A DNA stretch of 64,000 nt from NCBI RefSeq assembly GCF_964204865.1, contig NC_135263.1, positions 9,486,001 through 9,550,000 on the forward strand, written 5' to 3'. This DNA is from Styela clava (Eukaryota). Made by a program: the position numbers and the translations under genes. Positions 1-13,973 of this stretch are shown here, piece after piece (position 1 is the first letter of the stretch; the number at the start of each line of letters is the position of its first letter). The notes under the pieces were generated by a model. It worked only from the letters and a program-made list of their open reading frames with translations, was not told the origin of the DNA and did not search any database.

Positions 1-45
1 AGCTAAGTACAATCGGACAATGCTCATTTGGATTGCTATACTTAC

Positions 46-3000
46 AATCCACTTTCTAATGTTCGTCCATAATTTTTTAAACTCTTCAAAGTCCAAATTG
101 ACGTCCTCGTCTTTCTGTTTGATGGGCGGTCAAGGAATAAATATGTATTGACTTTAGTTATCACTTCCTCGCATTCGCTTACACAGAATTAGAGGGGAAT
201 TTGCATATTCAATAAAATTCAAAATAAATTATTAAATAAAGACAAAAATGTTCATGGTAGCAAATAATGCATATAATCCATAGATTTCATTAATTAAGTA
301 TTTGCGCATATTATAAAGCAGTATTAGCTGTGAGTATTAAAGCAGTCCTAAACGGTTAAAGCATTTTTGCTGCAAATATTTGCTTTAAAAGGATACGTCA
401 AATGTTGCCACCAAAGCTCTCACAACTCCGATATCTACGATAACGTTTTCTGAAAAAAGAAATCAGCATTATCGAGACTTATATATTAGGTGATAATCAA
501 CCTATTAGGCACACTGCCTTTTCAAAATAAATACCTGCTTTCAGAGTAGTAGTAAGAATTTCTTTCAGCTCAAACGCATCAATTACTCCATTCTGAACAT
601 AAAAACAAGGTAATAAATGGGATACGTCATTTTCCACTTGGCTAGAGGCAATCGAATTGGGTAGTACTCAAAATCTTTTTATTGCAGATTGCCATTACAT
701 TTCGAATTAGATTCTTCAAATGAGTAAATGACTATTAACTGACAAACATCAATTCCAAATGTATACATTCATATTACCCCTCCGGCCAAGCTCTCGAAAC
801 GTTTTCTGAATTTTTCATCGACTCTCGAATTTTCCTCCTTAATACAAAATTAATGTTATATAAAATAATAATCAATAAAAATACCGTACATTGTTGACAT
901 TCTTTTTCATAATTGATGAGATCAAAACACCGCATGGTAGTTATAAAATCCACGTTTTTCGAAATTAAAAAATTTAAATGATGCCCGTATTAGAAATATT
1001 AAAGCCTATATCAGAAATGGTTGATTAATACAGATTTTTAACTCGAAAATTTTTAATTTTAGTATAAGAAAGAAAATCGCACTTTTGTCTCAATACCAAT
1101 TCAGAAATCTAATTCGTATCCAACAAGAACTGTGTTACAGTATAGTTACAATTGATATTTATAATATATGAAATAAAATATTTTACCAGATTAAAAAAAA
1201 CGTTCTGCGATTTAGGAAAAGCAGTTGGTAATTTAAATGTATTTTATTCTAGTTCACTCGAAATATTTTTTTTTATTTAGTTCATTTTTTATATTCACTA
1301 CGAATGAGAATGTAAACCAACCTCGGTAACCATGGTTCCTCCAATAGGCTTTGTTTCAGATGTATCAGCTGATACCCTATAAGGAACGGAACATAATTTT
1401 CATCATTTTGAATCCCATACCAGATAAATTATACCGGTACTAAGAAGAATGAGAGCATGTGGACTCGATACGATTATACCACTAAGTCAGATTTAAATTG
1501 ATTGAAGTGGGAAATTTATTTTTTATAGAGTGTACCACTTATTTCAAAAGGTCTGGTAGAAGATAAGACGCATTTGTAAAAACAGAATGAGCAGAATTAT
1601 TGGCATAGGGAAAAGAGAAAAAAAATTGATTAAGAGCTAAAACTGTTAAAATTTACAAGTTTCTGTTTGCTGTGCTTTGCATTATAACCACAAATTTATA
1701 CAAATATTCAATCAAAACTAGATTTTTTTTATCCTATAAATGCATATATATTAAAATGGAGAATTACCGAGCCTGTGTTTCTGTAAAAATACGAAGCAAA
1801 AATTTTCCCTCAACATCCGGATCAAGAGTCGAAGGAACAATAACATATTCTCCTGGAGGAAGTGAAAATTCTTTGGTAACTGATCTGCTACTCAAGAAGT
1901 CTGATTTTTCGTTCGATTTGTTTTTCAGAAAAAATTCTTTGTCCAGTTTTTCATTAGCCTGTGAAAAAATATCTTAAATCTTCCGACAGTGCGTATTACT
2001 CAAATAACAAATACAACAAGCATCTGATGAAAGTGAATAAAACATTAAAAGAATGCTTAATTTTTATTCAATATAAAATTTAAAGAAGATTGACGTTGTA
2101 CTTGGAAAAGAGTACAAATTTGGGCGCTCCAGAAGTATGTGCACCAAGATGGCGCACAACCTGAACCCTAACCTGGTACACATACTATGTTCAGGATGTG
2201 CGCCATCTTGGTGCACATACTTCTGGAGCTCCCAAATTTGGGGAAAAGTATTCTCATGCGCTATTTTAGCATTAATGGGCACATACAGCTCACCAACAAT
2301 CATCAATTTCCCTACCTCTTTTCCAACCACCAAATTTTTCAACAAGGTTATTTCTTTTTTAAGACCTACTGTATGATAAATTAAATTATATCGAAACAAA
2401 ATAAGATTACAACTGAAAATACAGAATATGCGAACATATTATTGTTGCAACGTGATTAAAAGCTGATCACTTTATTTAAAGGATTCGGATAACAAATCAA
2501 TATATAAAAAATAATCGATGGAGAGTAGAACTAACCTTGTAGATTTCAAATCCGATAACGATATTATCCAGTCCACGTATTTTTTGCCATCTTCTGTCTT
2601 TCTGCACGAGCGATATCACAACAGCACATGTATCTTTTTCACTGTCTTCTGGTACATCCAATGATAGGAAATATTGGGGATTTGTGTGGAACGTGTCTGA
2701 ATAATAAATATTGAATATACAATTCTAGTAAAATAAAAATAAAATTTATAACACTATAAAGAGTAGTAAAATTCACGATTGCGACAGTTCTGCAAAACAA
2801 CTCAAAAATGATATTGAATAGTAGATATATCCGCAAAGCTGTTATAGCTACATCACGTATCTTTTTATCGGTTTCTAAAAGCCGGTCATCAACCAAAACG
2901 ACTAAAATAGTTCGCTGTAGAATGATAAACACCAGTTTTGGATCAGTTGATAAACGTTTTTATCAACCAACATTCAATAACATTTTCATTACTAGGCCCA

Positions 3001-6000
3001 GCAAGGAAGATATAATAATATTCTTCAACACAATTAAGGTTACAAAATATTACAAATTCAATATTTTGCGATTGTAGCATTCATTTATACCTTTGGAAGA
3101 TCTTAAACAATTGATAACATTCATTTATTAACTTCGCAACACATCTGAGTCGTAACAAAGCCAACAAGAAGAGGAAATAATGAAACGTTATATATATGTG
3201 TAGTAGTCGTTTCACGGCTTGAACCATAAAGAAAATCTGAGTAAGCGTATATTCACGAAAATTTTTCTTTTTAAAAACTACATGTTTGCAAAATTTTTTT
3301 GGAGACCAGGTTACTTTTGCTCACCCCTGTTACCTGTCAAACGAATTTTTTTCACTTGGTTCGAGCACAAATCTCATTACTCCAATAATAGTTTGTCTAC
3401 ATCATGCATGAGGTGCAGAAAATTAAAATTCTAGAAAAAATAATCACCTGGAAAGTTACTGTTTCCACCGGCTGAGAATCCCTTGATCCACTGTCCATCT
3501 TTTTTTTCAGTCTTCCAATATCCTTTCGGGTTATCGTTTGTAATCGGTTCCAGTCGGCAAATCTCAAGAACGGTGAAATTAGAAGTGAACTCTTCAAAAG
3601 ACATCCTTAAGAAATATACAAATTCTTAAAGTATTTTGTCAAAGGTTGAGATTACGAAGCATCTCAATATTTGCTAAAATGGATATATTTCATCACTGAG
3701 GAGAACAGTGATAATAAGAAACTGTTTCATGAGTTATAGAGGTAATCTCTTTTTTTATAAGATGTTATTTTCTCATCAGTCACGCTAATGAAATTCGTTA
3801 TTTTTAGGACGTAATTTCTATTGGTTTTTAGTAAGGCCAATGCAAATACATTTTGTAAATTCACATATAATACATACAACCGCAAAACACAAAAATAGCA
3901 AATTTTCTGGTTTTTGATTATTTCAAGCATCTAACATTTTAATTGGAGTTTTCAATGAAAGCTTGTGAAAAGTTGGGTGAGCATAAATACAGTAGCTCAA
4001 ATTTGTGATATGTCTTGTTCCTAACTCACCAAAATTCTCCGTCGCTATCAAATGCTAGTTTCATTTCCCTTTTAGCAGAGTCAGATAAAAGCCTCCAATT
4101 AGCTGCTCTGTAATAAAAGAACACTGTAAGGAGACGAGTAAGTCGTCAAATTATGACGAAGAAGTTGAAAAAGATTAGAAAGCGCGCTTTCAGCTCATAC
4201 ATACTCGTCTGCCCATTCTCCTGTCCATTTATCCTCTTTACCTCCAGGATTACGAACTCTGACAAGCTGCACTGTTGCATTTCTCTGCAAGCGGGTAAAT
4301 GAAGATAATTACATCCAAAAAAATGAACAGAGGCATTAAAATAGCACTCGAAATATAGAATTGACTTTTATAGTATCTATCATCACGTATTATCATGAAA
4401 GACGTTCGAATTTATGAAGTATTTACATTTCACATTTTTATTGCGATTCTTTTTTGCATTCAAAAACCATAGAATATATATATATATATATTTCTCGCGA
4501 TATTTCTCGCTCATGTGTCATACTTGAAGTAAAAATTCATGATTATAATAAATTTAACAAAATGGAAAAAAGAGTAAAATTACATACAGCCGTTTTTACT
4601 TGAAATTCACCAGTTACAGCAAAGTAGTGACCTCTTTTTAATCCATTCCTAGTATCAGATTGGTTTTCTCCGAAGTGCTTCAAAATATTGATATGTAACG
4701 TTTAAAGTATACGTGCCGATACGCAAATTTAATTTAGATTTGTCCAATTTTTGTTGAATTGCAAACCCCATGAGCGTTTGGAGTTTTGCTGAATGAGTCA
4801 AACAAATTCGACGCTGTTGTTGCTCAAAATCCTTCCACAATGAGACGATAACCAAAATTTATTTTAGACTTCTGCCAGATTTTATTACAGTGAAAAAAAT
4901 GTGACTAATAGAGTCTAAAAAGTTTGATGTTGTTTCAAATTATTAGTTGCCCGCTTTTAGTAAAATACCAAAAAATTGAGATTCAAATTGATATTTTTTT
5001 TTTTGGTGTCTAGTGAAGTAAAAACCAAGTGTTTGATATCATTTTATGTTTCAAATATACCTTGATCAAGTAGTACGATTAAATCATTCACAATAACATT
5101 AATGGATGGCTCAGTGAACGTCTGTTGGTATAAGTGTGGGCATTACTATTGTAAGTATTTCACTAGCTAAAAAACATTTGAATATGTATAAATATAACAA
5201 TACTTCTGCTGCACAGCACATCAAAGCGTTCCTATGAAAACTCATTTGCATATCCTTGATGACATTATCAGTGGATTTCCTTAAATCAATCTTTTGAGTG
5301 ATTCCACCGGTAAAATCTTCCATTGCTTCTGAAGCAGTACCTTTTTCAAGAGCTCCATATGTCATGAACAGTCTTAACAATATTAAAACGATTAACAGTG
5401 TTGGCTTGTACTAATAAACAGTGTCATTTAAAAACTGGTTGTCTTCAAAAAAAATGATGTATCAGAGAGTCCTTAGACTTTGGTATTTCTGTTCTACAAT
5501 AATCAATCTGTTGTGCATGGTTGATGCAACAGATTATGTATCATCCACATCTGAATCGAAAATTTCTCAGATTTGGTTTAATACAGATAAAACAAGGTTC
5601 AGACAGAACTCGAAAGCGAACATGAAAATTTATCGTTTACTTCTTACTTACTTTGCATAGGCTTTCTCTAGCAGTGCGGGCCAGAATTCATTCTTTTCAG
5701 TTGATTGTGTGGATAGCAATCTGCCACGAAACACAGGCAAACGATCATCTATCAGCACTTCAACCCATTTACCGAACTTGAAATATAAATAAAATTTTGT
5801 TTGATTTGTCATTTAGACATATATATAGAGATAAATAATTACTCAGATGAATTCTAGAACTTATTCAAAATTCATATTTTTCAGAACTAACGTAACGTGA
5901 CACGATTTTAAAATATATAGATCGAGTGTTTGGGTAGTTTCTATTTGAAAGAAATTCAACGTCTAATCTGTCGTCCATCTCCAAAGACGCATCCTACCAC

Positions 6001-7466
6001 AAATGCGGACTCCTGTGTATTTTACCTGCCAAAATTGGAAATGAAATATCCCAGCATATTCTTTTTGTGCAAAAGACTGATCCCCAGGCATCACTCGTCT
6101 GAATAGCGCGTAATTGGTCGCAAGACTTGTAAGGGCCGCTGAAAGCCAAGTATCTCCTGTAAAAATAATTTTTTGTATTTGTGTTGCATAGGAAAAACTG
6201 AAAAGATAGTTATTTCAGGATTAAAATTCGATAAGGGGAAAAGGTTAAAGTACTTCAAGTAAAGTAGCTTCAGCAAAACTACTACAACCAACGCAATATT
6301 TGAAATAATAAATTATATATTTTATGCAAATATTTCCATGTAATTTCTTGAATTGCTTGCAGACGACTTATTACATACTATCGTTGCATTGCATATACGT
6401 CACATGCTTTATCACTTTGTATGATAGAAAAGAAAAAACTGTAGCGAAAATCAAGACAACAGGCCAGATAGGCACACAAGTCACGCGTTATAATTTCCAA
6501 ATTATTCGTTGATTTGTAAAAATTTCGAAAAAATTTGTATTTCCGATATCGGAAAGTGCGAAAACCAAGTTTCTACAATGGGGTTCATGAAAAATACTTT
6601 CGGGGTGAAAAAATTTGATATATACACTTTTTTCTGTCATATCTGTTTAAGTACTGACCCAAAAATCCTTGCTTAACGTCGAGTCTACTCGTACCGCCAA
6701 TGAAAAGCTTCGGATTGTCACAAAGGTCCTGGAAAATATTAGGCATCTTATATTACTTCGACAGTAACCAGCACTAATTGCAGTAGCACAGTCTGCTCGG
6801 TAGCCTAAGCTCAAAGCGAACCACATACCCTTTCTCGTGTACTTATTTTTCAAAGATGCATTATGAGGGATGATTAATGTCATTGTTACAAGTAATTCCA
6901 TAACCCTGGTGCAAAGTAACACAATATGTGAAGGAAAACAAAAAGTATGAGCTTGTCCAAAGTTTTGTATTGTATTACTTAGGACATATCATATATAGTT
7001 TATGTGAATAACATCACCATGAATGTTTACCCTACAGTGAAGTATTAGAATCACATAATGAAGAGAGGAGTCATCGAAAATGAACAAACACCGCAAATAT
7101 GAAAACATTTATTTGAACCGAAGATTATTGGGCAGTAAGTAATTATTAACACAAAAATTACCTTTGGGCGTTTCCATTCTACTGCACCCGGTAACTGTTT
7201 TTCAGAAGCCAAGGAACTGTCTGTGGCGGGGAACTCATCATCCTCAAAGAGCACTTTCTTCTCAATGCATTCATTTCGAATTTGTTGGAAGGTTTTGTCT
7301 TTAGTAGTTACAGAAAATGAGCTCACGTGCATCTTTCGTGATTCAAACCTGCATGTTGTGAAAAGGAAGGAACATTGTATGATTCAAATTTTCACCATCT
7401 TCCAGGTCGAAGAAAAAGATTGGTTTATTCATAAAAAAAAGTATTTACATACCTTACAACGTTCAT
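46..7466 (-). CDS. Classical calpain-like protein (CysPc + CBSW/domain III + penta-EF-hand), catalytic Cys replaced by Thr; 3' end lies beyond the window's left edge
   Basis: Spliced exons (minus): 7453-7466 (MNVVR), 7162-7348 ([16 protein letters not shown]), 6659-6728 ([24 protein letters not shown]), 6026-6156 ([19 protein letters not shown]), 5652-5776 ([28 protein letters not shown]), 5204-5372 (EAMEDFTGG), ~4588-4677 ([12 protein letters not shown]), 4205-4284 ([16 protein letters not shown]), 4030-4107 (DGEFW), 3448-3605 (MSFEEF..SAGG), 2536-2696 (TNPQY), 1768-1958 ([20 protein letters not shown]), 1322-1376, 778-837, 535-592 ([10 protein letters not shown]), 397-449, 46-114 ([10 protein letters not shown]). 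Junctions are GT-AG and the ones translated across stay in phase. Confidence 0.93.
115..396 (-). other. U12-type (minor spliceosome) GT-AG intron in the calpain penta-EF region
   Basis: Minus-strand donor reads GAC|GTATCCTTT (U12 consensus). The branch site TTCCTTGAC (~129-137) lies just upstream of the acceptor AAACAG, with no polypyrimidine tract. Confidence 0.85.
2123..2232. mobile_element. ~110-bp palindromic MITE, family A copy 1 (calpain intron)
   Basis: Hairpin GGCGCTCCAGAAGTATGTGCACCAAGATGGCGCACA...TGTGCGCCATCTTGGTGCACATACTTCTGGAGCTCC, flanked by the 8-bp direct repeat CAAATTTG. Confidence 0.85.
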
Positions 7467-10400
7467 CCTCCAGCCTTTTATTCAAACTTAATTTTATACT
7501 AATAATTATATAATTAGATTAGATAAGGTAATTTTACGTAAATATAAAACACCTATCTCAATAATATTGGGACCAAATTCACTTGAAATACGTTAATGGA
7601 ATCTTAATGTTTCAATTCGCGTGCAATACGAAATACTGTCAGCTACAACGAGGTAAACACCACTTTATCTCCCAATCCATGCTACTAAATATATATACCT
7701 AATTTGAATTCAATATCGCTATAAATACATACATTAATTGATTAATATACAGGTATTTTAAAACGTGAGATCAATTGCCGATTTCCGTTGTAATTCTGTC
7801 ACCTAATAAGTTATTAATCGTTGTACTAGCACGGATAAGTGAATGAATTAAAAGTTAACATTTTTATATGAAAAAAGATAATTAATCAAGTTTTGTAAGA
7901 ATTGCAGCACGCAATTTGCAATTATACTTAATTGATGAAATCTAGAAAATGAATGAAATTGCTTTTGTATTTAGTAACTTTTATTGTACGGTAGTAATTT
8001 CAAATACGAATAAATTGTACAGGGCCGACATAAAGTTATCGCATTTGCAGAAATGTTATTACAATTGTAGAGTACACCTTAACTGCAAAATTTTCCGGCT
8101 AACGCACAAACTCGAATTTTTCTGATCACAACCAAACGGCAATTCTTTTGCTTGTACTGTGCATTTATGTGCGCGTCTTTACATATAACGCAGCTAAATG
8201 TTTTAAAATAGATTTAATGAGATTTAATTGAAATTACACTCATCGTGTAAGCCATACAGGAAGAGGCAACTCTGCTATATGATATTATGGTATATTTAAC
8301 ATTTTTGTTCGTGCAAATTACAGACCTCTTGCGATTAAACCACTGATTTTTATATAGGTATTTATTTAAAATACGTCTTTGATGACATTATTTCCTGTTT
8401 ATATCCTGGACTATTCATAGACACGATTATTGGACACGAAATGTGGATCGTTTCCTTATTATTTTCATTCATGATATGAATACTTTGATTCATTTTTGGA
8501 AATGAAATTATCACACGCCTTGTGCCGAATACCATGAAACTTTTCTCTTCTTTCCTTTGCTTAGTATTTATTTTGGATATATACCTTGCAGCTAATTGAG
8601 TTGCAATATATATATATGTTTTAAAGCCCAGCACTATTTTAGTGTTGGATACGAGTTAGTCATGTCAAAGAACCATCGAATACCAAGCCAAATTGAGTAT
8701 ATTTTGTTCGATACAAATATTAAATATATTTGAAGTTTGATTAAAGCCATTTCGTTGGAATAGTTCGAATCTATGAAAAATATGACAAAAACCAGGTATG
8801 CGACTGAAACTATGTGTACATTTATATGCTCCATTGAATCAAATATATATACATATATATATATTTCTATTTTATCGATTTGGTCGACAACCCGGAGTTA
8901 TTTTCGCTGTATTTGGGCGACGGGAATTTTCGGGCCACATTTTGTTGTCGCCCAAATAGTTTGGGCTTTATTTTCTACATAAATTCCTCAAGCAAAAAGT
9001 CTGAAACTTCTCGTCATTTTCAACATTACCCTCAACTATCACCACATAATGTTGGATTTGAAATTCAAGCAAAAAAACTCTGGTTTTTGCCGACAGTTTC
9101 TAGGCCTAGCTATATCCCGTTTTGCTATTTTTGCTAAATTGTGGCTACAAAAATAAATCATGATTTTCTCGTTTCTAACCCGGTTATCTTTTGGCCAGAA
9201 TTGGAGGATTAACAAGAAAAATGTTTCGCTATCGTATGGTATTCCGATACTTCACCGGAAACTTATCTGGGACTTGCGACACTGCTATGGTATATTTCAC
9301 TCTGACAAAATGTGCAAATTGCAGACGAGACATATGACGTCATATATGGTCCGCGTCTGCTCTGTCAGGAGCGATGAGAGAAGTTGGTTTTAGTTATCGT
9401 TTTGAATCAAAGGCAATTCAGTTTGTACATAAGGATGCGGGACATGTTATCATGTAAAACAAAGGCTCTGAGATATTGTATGCAAAGAAATTGTTTGAGA
9501 TGATGTTATCACCTCGCTACCTAATTATGGAAGACATAATTATGACTAATTATGGTGCGACAGAATAGGATTTCGCAGTTAATGTAGTCTAGTCCAATAT
9601 TTTTTTTAAAAAGAGAAAACTTTATATTATTTTGTAAAATAAATTTATGTTTTGTTTTCCTAGTCACAGATTTGGGAAAAAAAAAGAAGCTGACAGAAGA
9701 TCATTGAACGTGTACGGAAGTCTGTCAAAGATCAGGAAAAGGAAAACTTTCCAAGCAAACTCGAGAACATTAAAATAGAAAGTTTATAGTATATATATAT
9801 AAGATAATTTTGAGTCATTTAAAAACATGTGGAAGGAAAACTGTTATTTGAAGAACAAAAGGTTCAATGAGGATAAGACAAGTGAATATTGTCAGAAAAG
9901 CGTATAAGGTCAATCTGGAAAAAGGTAGACACAGTAAATATGGGGAAAAAGACAAATTGGTTGCATCTCTAGAAATTTGTTTATAAGCCAGAACTATTGT
10001 GCACTAGAAAAGGTTATCTATTACAATCCATGAATATAAATATAAGTTCATTAAAATTTCGGCTGGAGACGCACGCACCAATCGAATTTTGTAATCTGTG
10101 TATTGGGTTTCTCATGTCTTAAAATAGGACTGACCGGATTTTGAAACCCATGCCTATTTTGGCAAAAAAATAGGTTATTTTATAAAAATTCTTCTAAATA
10201 CCTCCATAACGTTTCTGGATATTGAATGGATGACAACGGAATATTAGAAAAGTTTGATGCATGATATATAGCGGTTATTGTAATATATATTCTTGATTAC
10301 TATGTACTTTTCGCATGCAAATGTACTTTGTTCGAACACAATTTTTTGGAAACAATCATGTGTGACCAGGTGTATATCACCGTGCTTATTTTAGCCGGAG

Positions 10401-13400
10401 ATGTTAAAATACAACGCTGAGTTGAATTGTTTGTCGGTCAATGGTACAAAACAGTCACTATAAACTGCATGGTCAGCGTAGGTCATTTTGCTGTTACCGA
10501 TTTTGAAAGACTGATCTTGGGGTGGGGGGTGGTAATGAGACGTTATAACAGTTGAAAAGCTGGATTGGTCGTGTAAAGCTGGGCGATTTTACTTCTATAT
10601 AAAGCAACGATCAGCATTGCGTTGCTAACAATATTGCCATATCACCTTTATTGAACATATCAAGAAATGCGCAGATACGTTTTAATATTACTCCTACGCC
10701 CCTCTCTTTGAAGTCCCAGATGAGCGATTTCATAAAATTACAAAGAGGGTAAGATTTGGGTAAGTCCCTGCACCCTTGGCACAAATAGAAATAGCTACTA
10801 TGACTTCAAGTTTACTGGTGACGCGGTTTTTTAGTTTTTTTTTTTATATTCAACTTATTATCCAGTATACTTGCGTGAATAACATACGGATCTTCCGTAC
10901 AACGGCAATTTTCGTATTTTGCGAAATTTTTTATATTAATTTATGACATCATATCACATGAACATCTCTGCTATGACGCCAAAATTAATTTCACTCAAAA
11001 AAAACGTATGACGTCACTATAATTTTCCACATTGTCGGAAATACATAATACTAATTACATTAACTGGTGTCACTAATTTCCGACTATCAAATAAGCAAAT
11101 GAGTTATGGTAACCTCTTGTACATTGTTGGCTATTTTGGACGCATCTCACTCGGAAAAATACATTATCTGAAAATCGGAAATCGAACACTGCGCAGTTGA
11201 AATTCAGATTACAAAGAGCTAATTAGCCCTAAAATCTTTTTTAACGAACAGTGGCATATTTGAAACATCTGTGATCCTTTTAGCAACCGTATTCCTAATT
11301 AACAAATGGGATACAAATTGTTACTTAGATTAGCGGAAATGTAGGAATTAGAAAAACTTTCTATATCGGAAGTCTAGGTCGTTCATGCCGATGGCGGGTT
11401 ATTTCGTTTTCCACTTTCATTCCCTTTGTTCTCCAGTTTTAATTATATGATTAAGCACGGTCATCACAACACAAAACATTGAATTAAATGGGAAACGTTC
11501 TTTGCTTTACTAGACCGGGCAATTAGATTTAATTCTGCGGGAATTTGAGTTTTCATACATCGCCGATTCTTCTTCTCGTTTCCGAAATGGTGACTATATT
11601 TATTTAAAAAATGGTTAATTATTCAGGTGATGGTTTAATTTAATGATGTGAAGTACCATAATACTAGGTACAGTTAAAACTTGCTTATATAAATGCTTTT
11701 GATTGTTAATACAACATATTATCGCCAGAAAACTTGACAATTACGGCGAAAATTGCGTTTTTGACAACATCGCCATAAAGGAGCGATATTTTCGATATTT
11801 TTGCCTAAAGTTGATGAAAAGCACATGCAATGCACTTATTATATTCAAATATATTTGAATAAAACAAAAAAAACGACATCGAAGGCGAAATATTAAAATA
11901 ATCGATGAAACCCTAGTAACGACGATATGTAATGACGATATCATATGTTTCCGAACTGCATTTATTTGGAAATTTCATAATTTTGAATTATTTTTCTAGC
12001 CATCCAATATCATTGAACAATATATCGCCGAATGCGTCTCTAAAATACCAACTGAACGGTATTAACATTTTTGTTTTTTATTAATTATATCAAAAGTTAT
12101 AACCAAAAAAACAATAAAAAAAAAATTTTTTGAACCCAATTTTCTCGAAAACTATTAAATGAATTTTAATAATAAAACTATTTTTAGTTTTGTTTTATTG
12201 AAATCTATCCAAATATATTAAAATTTTCAATACAACTACAATAGAACAAATTTTCAAGTTTGGGGTTAAATGACAAATAATTAATTTAAACCACTCCCTG
12301 AAAAGATAAAAACAAAACTTCCGCATAGACTAGTGAAAATTTTTTCAAATTTGACCTAAAATTCGCTGATTTATATGTGTTCGAATTTTAACTCGTGATT
12401 TCGTAAATTTCAGCAATATGTCACATCTCAGACAATCCAATTTATGAAATTATGGAAGTTTTGTCATCTGCTATCTAGAATCCACTATGAACAACTTTCA
12501 AATATCGCCATTGAATCTATTTTCAGGTTACACTTTGGCCTACGTAGATACACAATATATATATATACAGTATACAGTATATACACAATTACTCTTTATA
12601 CTTTCGTGTGAGGGCATGGAGAATTGAAGACACAGGCAGTCAGAACGAGTGGGCAAATCGCAACAATATCGTTCAGCGAGCGATCAACCGTGACGCCAAA
12701 ATAACAACATATCACGCTGTAAATAGGGCGAGGCGACAAGCCTCAGGCACACCTTAAAACATCCAAAACCACTGTTTTTGGCTATTTCATGGTACGATTG
12801 TAACTGGTGTTTAATTTACCTTGCAAGCAAAGCATTTAGCCGTAGCTGTGAACGTTTTTAATGAAGGACAATGATTATATCTATTCCATGCGGTGTCGAC
12901 CATATCCAATAATGTTCTTCATTTCCGCAAATAGGCTAAAAAAAGCAGTCCCTCGGAATTGGGCGACGACGATTGTGCACCAACTCGACTATATTTTAAA
13001 CAAACTGTATTACTTGCGTGAAATTTTGTCAAAACATTTCCCACTGAAAACCACCAAAATTAACGCTGTGAGTAGCTCACTATATGCCACAGAAAACGAG
13101 TGGCCCAAATGCAGCAAAAAATAGTATGTAACCTCAATGCAGCAAATAGATATATATATATATATATATATATTATATAACTAGCGAAGTTTGGCACAAA
13201 AGCATATTCATAGCACACCACAAAAGCCCCAGTCATTCAGGCAAACAGGTTCACATTTCAAGTAAAGCATGTACCTCATTTAAAATTTATAGTGCGTATT
13301 TTCTTGAATCAACATGCAAGTGCGAATTTGAAGTCATATAAATATAAAAAATAGTGAGACTTAATTGTCTAACAAGCCACGATACTCTGCCACGTATGAC

Positions 13401-13903
13401 ATTTGCAGAAACGTAATACATTATATTAATATTATAATACACTTGCAGTAATCAGTAATCAGTAGTTTATTTTTTCACCACACATGAAATACACTGAATG
13501 CATACGGAATGTAAAAGGAAGCAAAAACGGATAATTCGAGGTGAAAGGAGTCGCGAAAACCAAAATTGGTTATCGAGCGGCGACACCTGAGCTAAAGTCT
13601 AATAAATGAAGCATAAAACAATGAAAAAAAGAATATAAAGAAGTGAAAAATCGAGACGACCTGAATCCAAGAGACGCTCGAGACACAGAAAAGCAAAACC
13701 AAAAACGACGAAGCACATATGTGCGAGTAACTATGGGAACGGCAGCAGGAATGCAGTACAGTGCGATGACAGGATACCGAACCGATATCGCAGCGTTATG
13801 GAATTGATAGTTATTTAAACAGATTTTAAATATATCCCGGTAGGGATATTATGCCGATAACACGGCGTAATCATAGTTATAAATGTTTGCCAAGAGTTCG
13901 AAT

Positions 13904-13973
13904 AAGATTGCAAGTGCTGGGGTGCAAGAAGATTGCAAGTGCTGGGGTGCAAGAAGATTGCAAGTGCTGGGGT
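13904..13973. repeat. 25-bp tandem minisatellite, ~2.8 copies
   Basis: Unit AAGATTGCAAGTGCTGGGGTGCAAG repeated directly. Confidence 0.9.

Noticed and set aside
6091-6291. Apparent in-frame stop after joining calpain exons 7162 and 6156 (pseudogene)
   Set aside because: The 70-bp exon at 6659-6728 restores the correct phase.
8885-13140. Possible large TIR element (TATTT..GCTG.ATTTGGGC.AC ends) in the calpain-SLC23 intergenic region
   Set aside because: The inverted match is short and imperfect, with no TSD or coding remnant, so boundaries cannot be supported.
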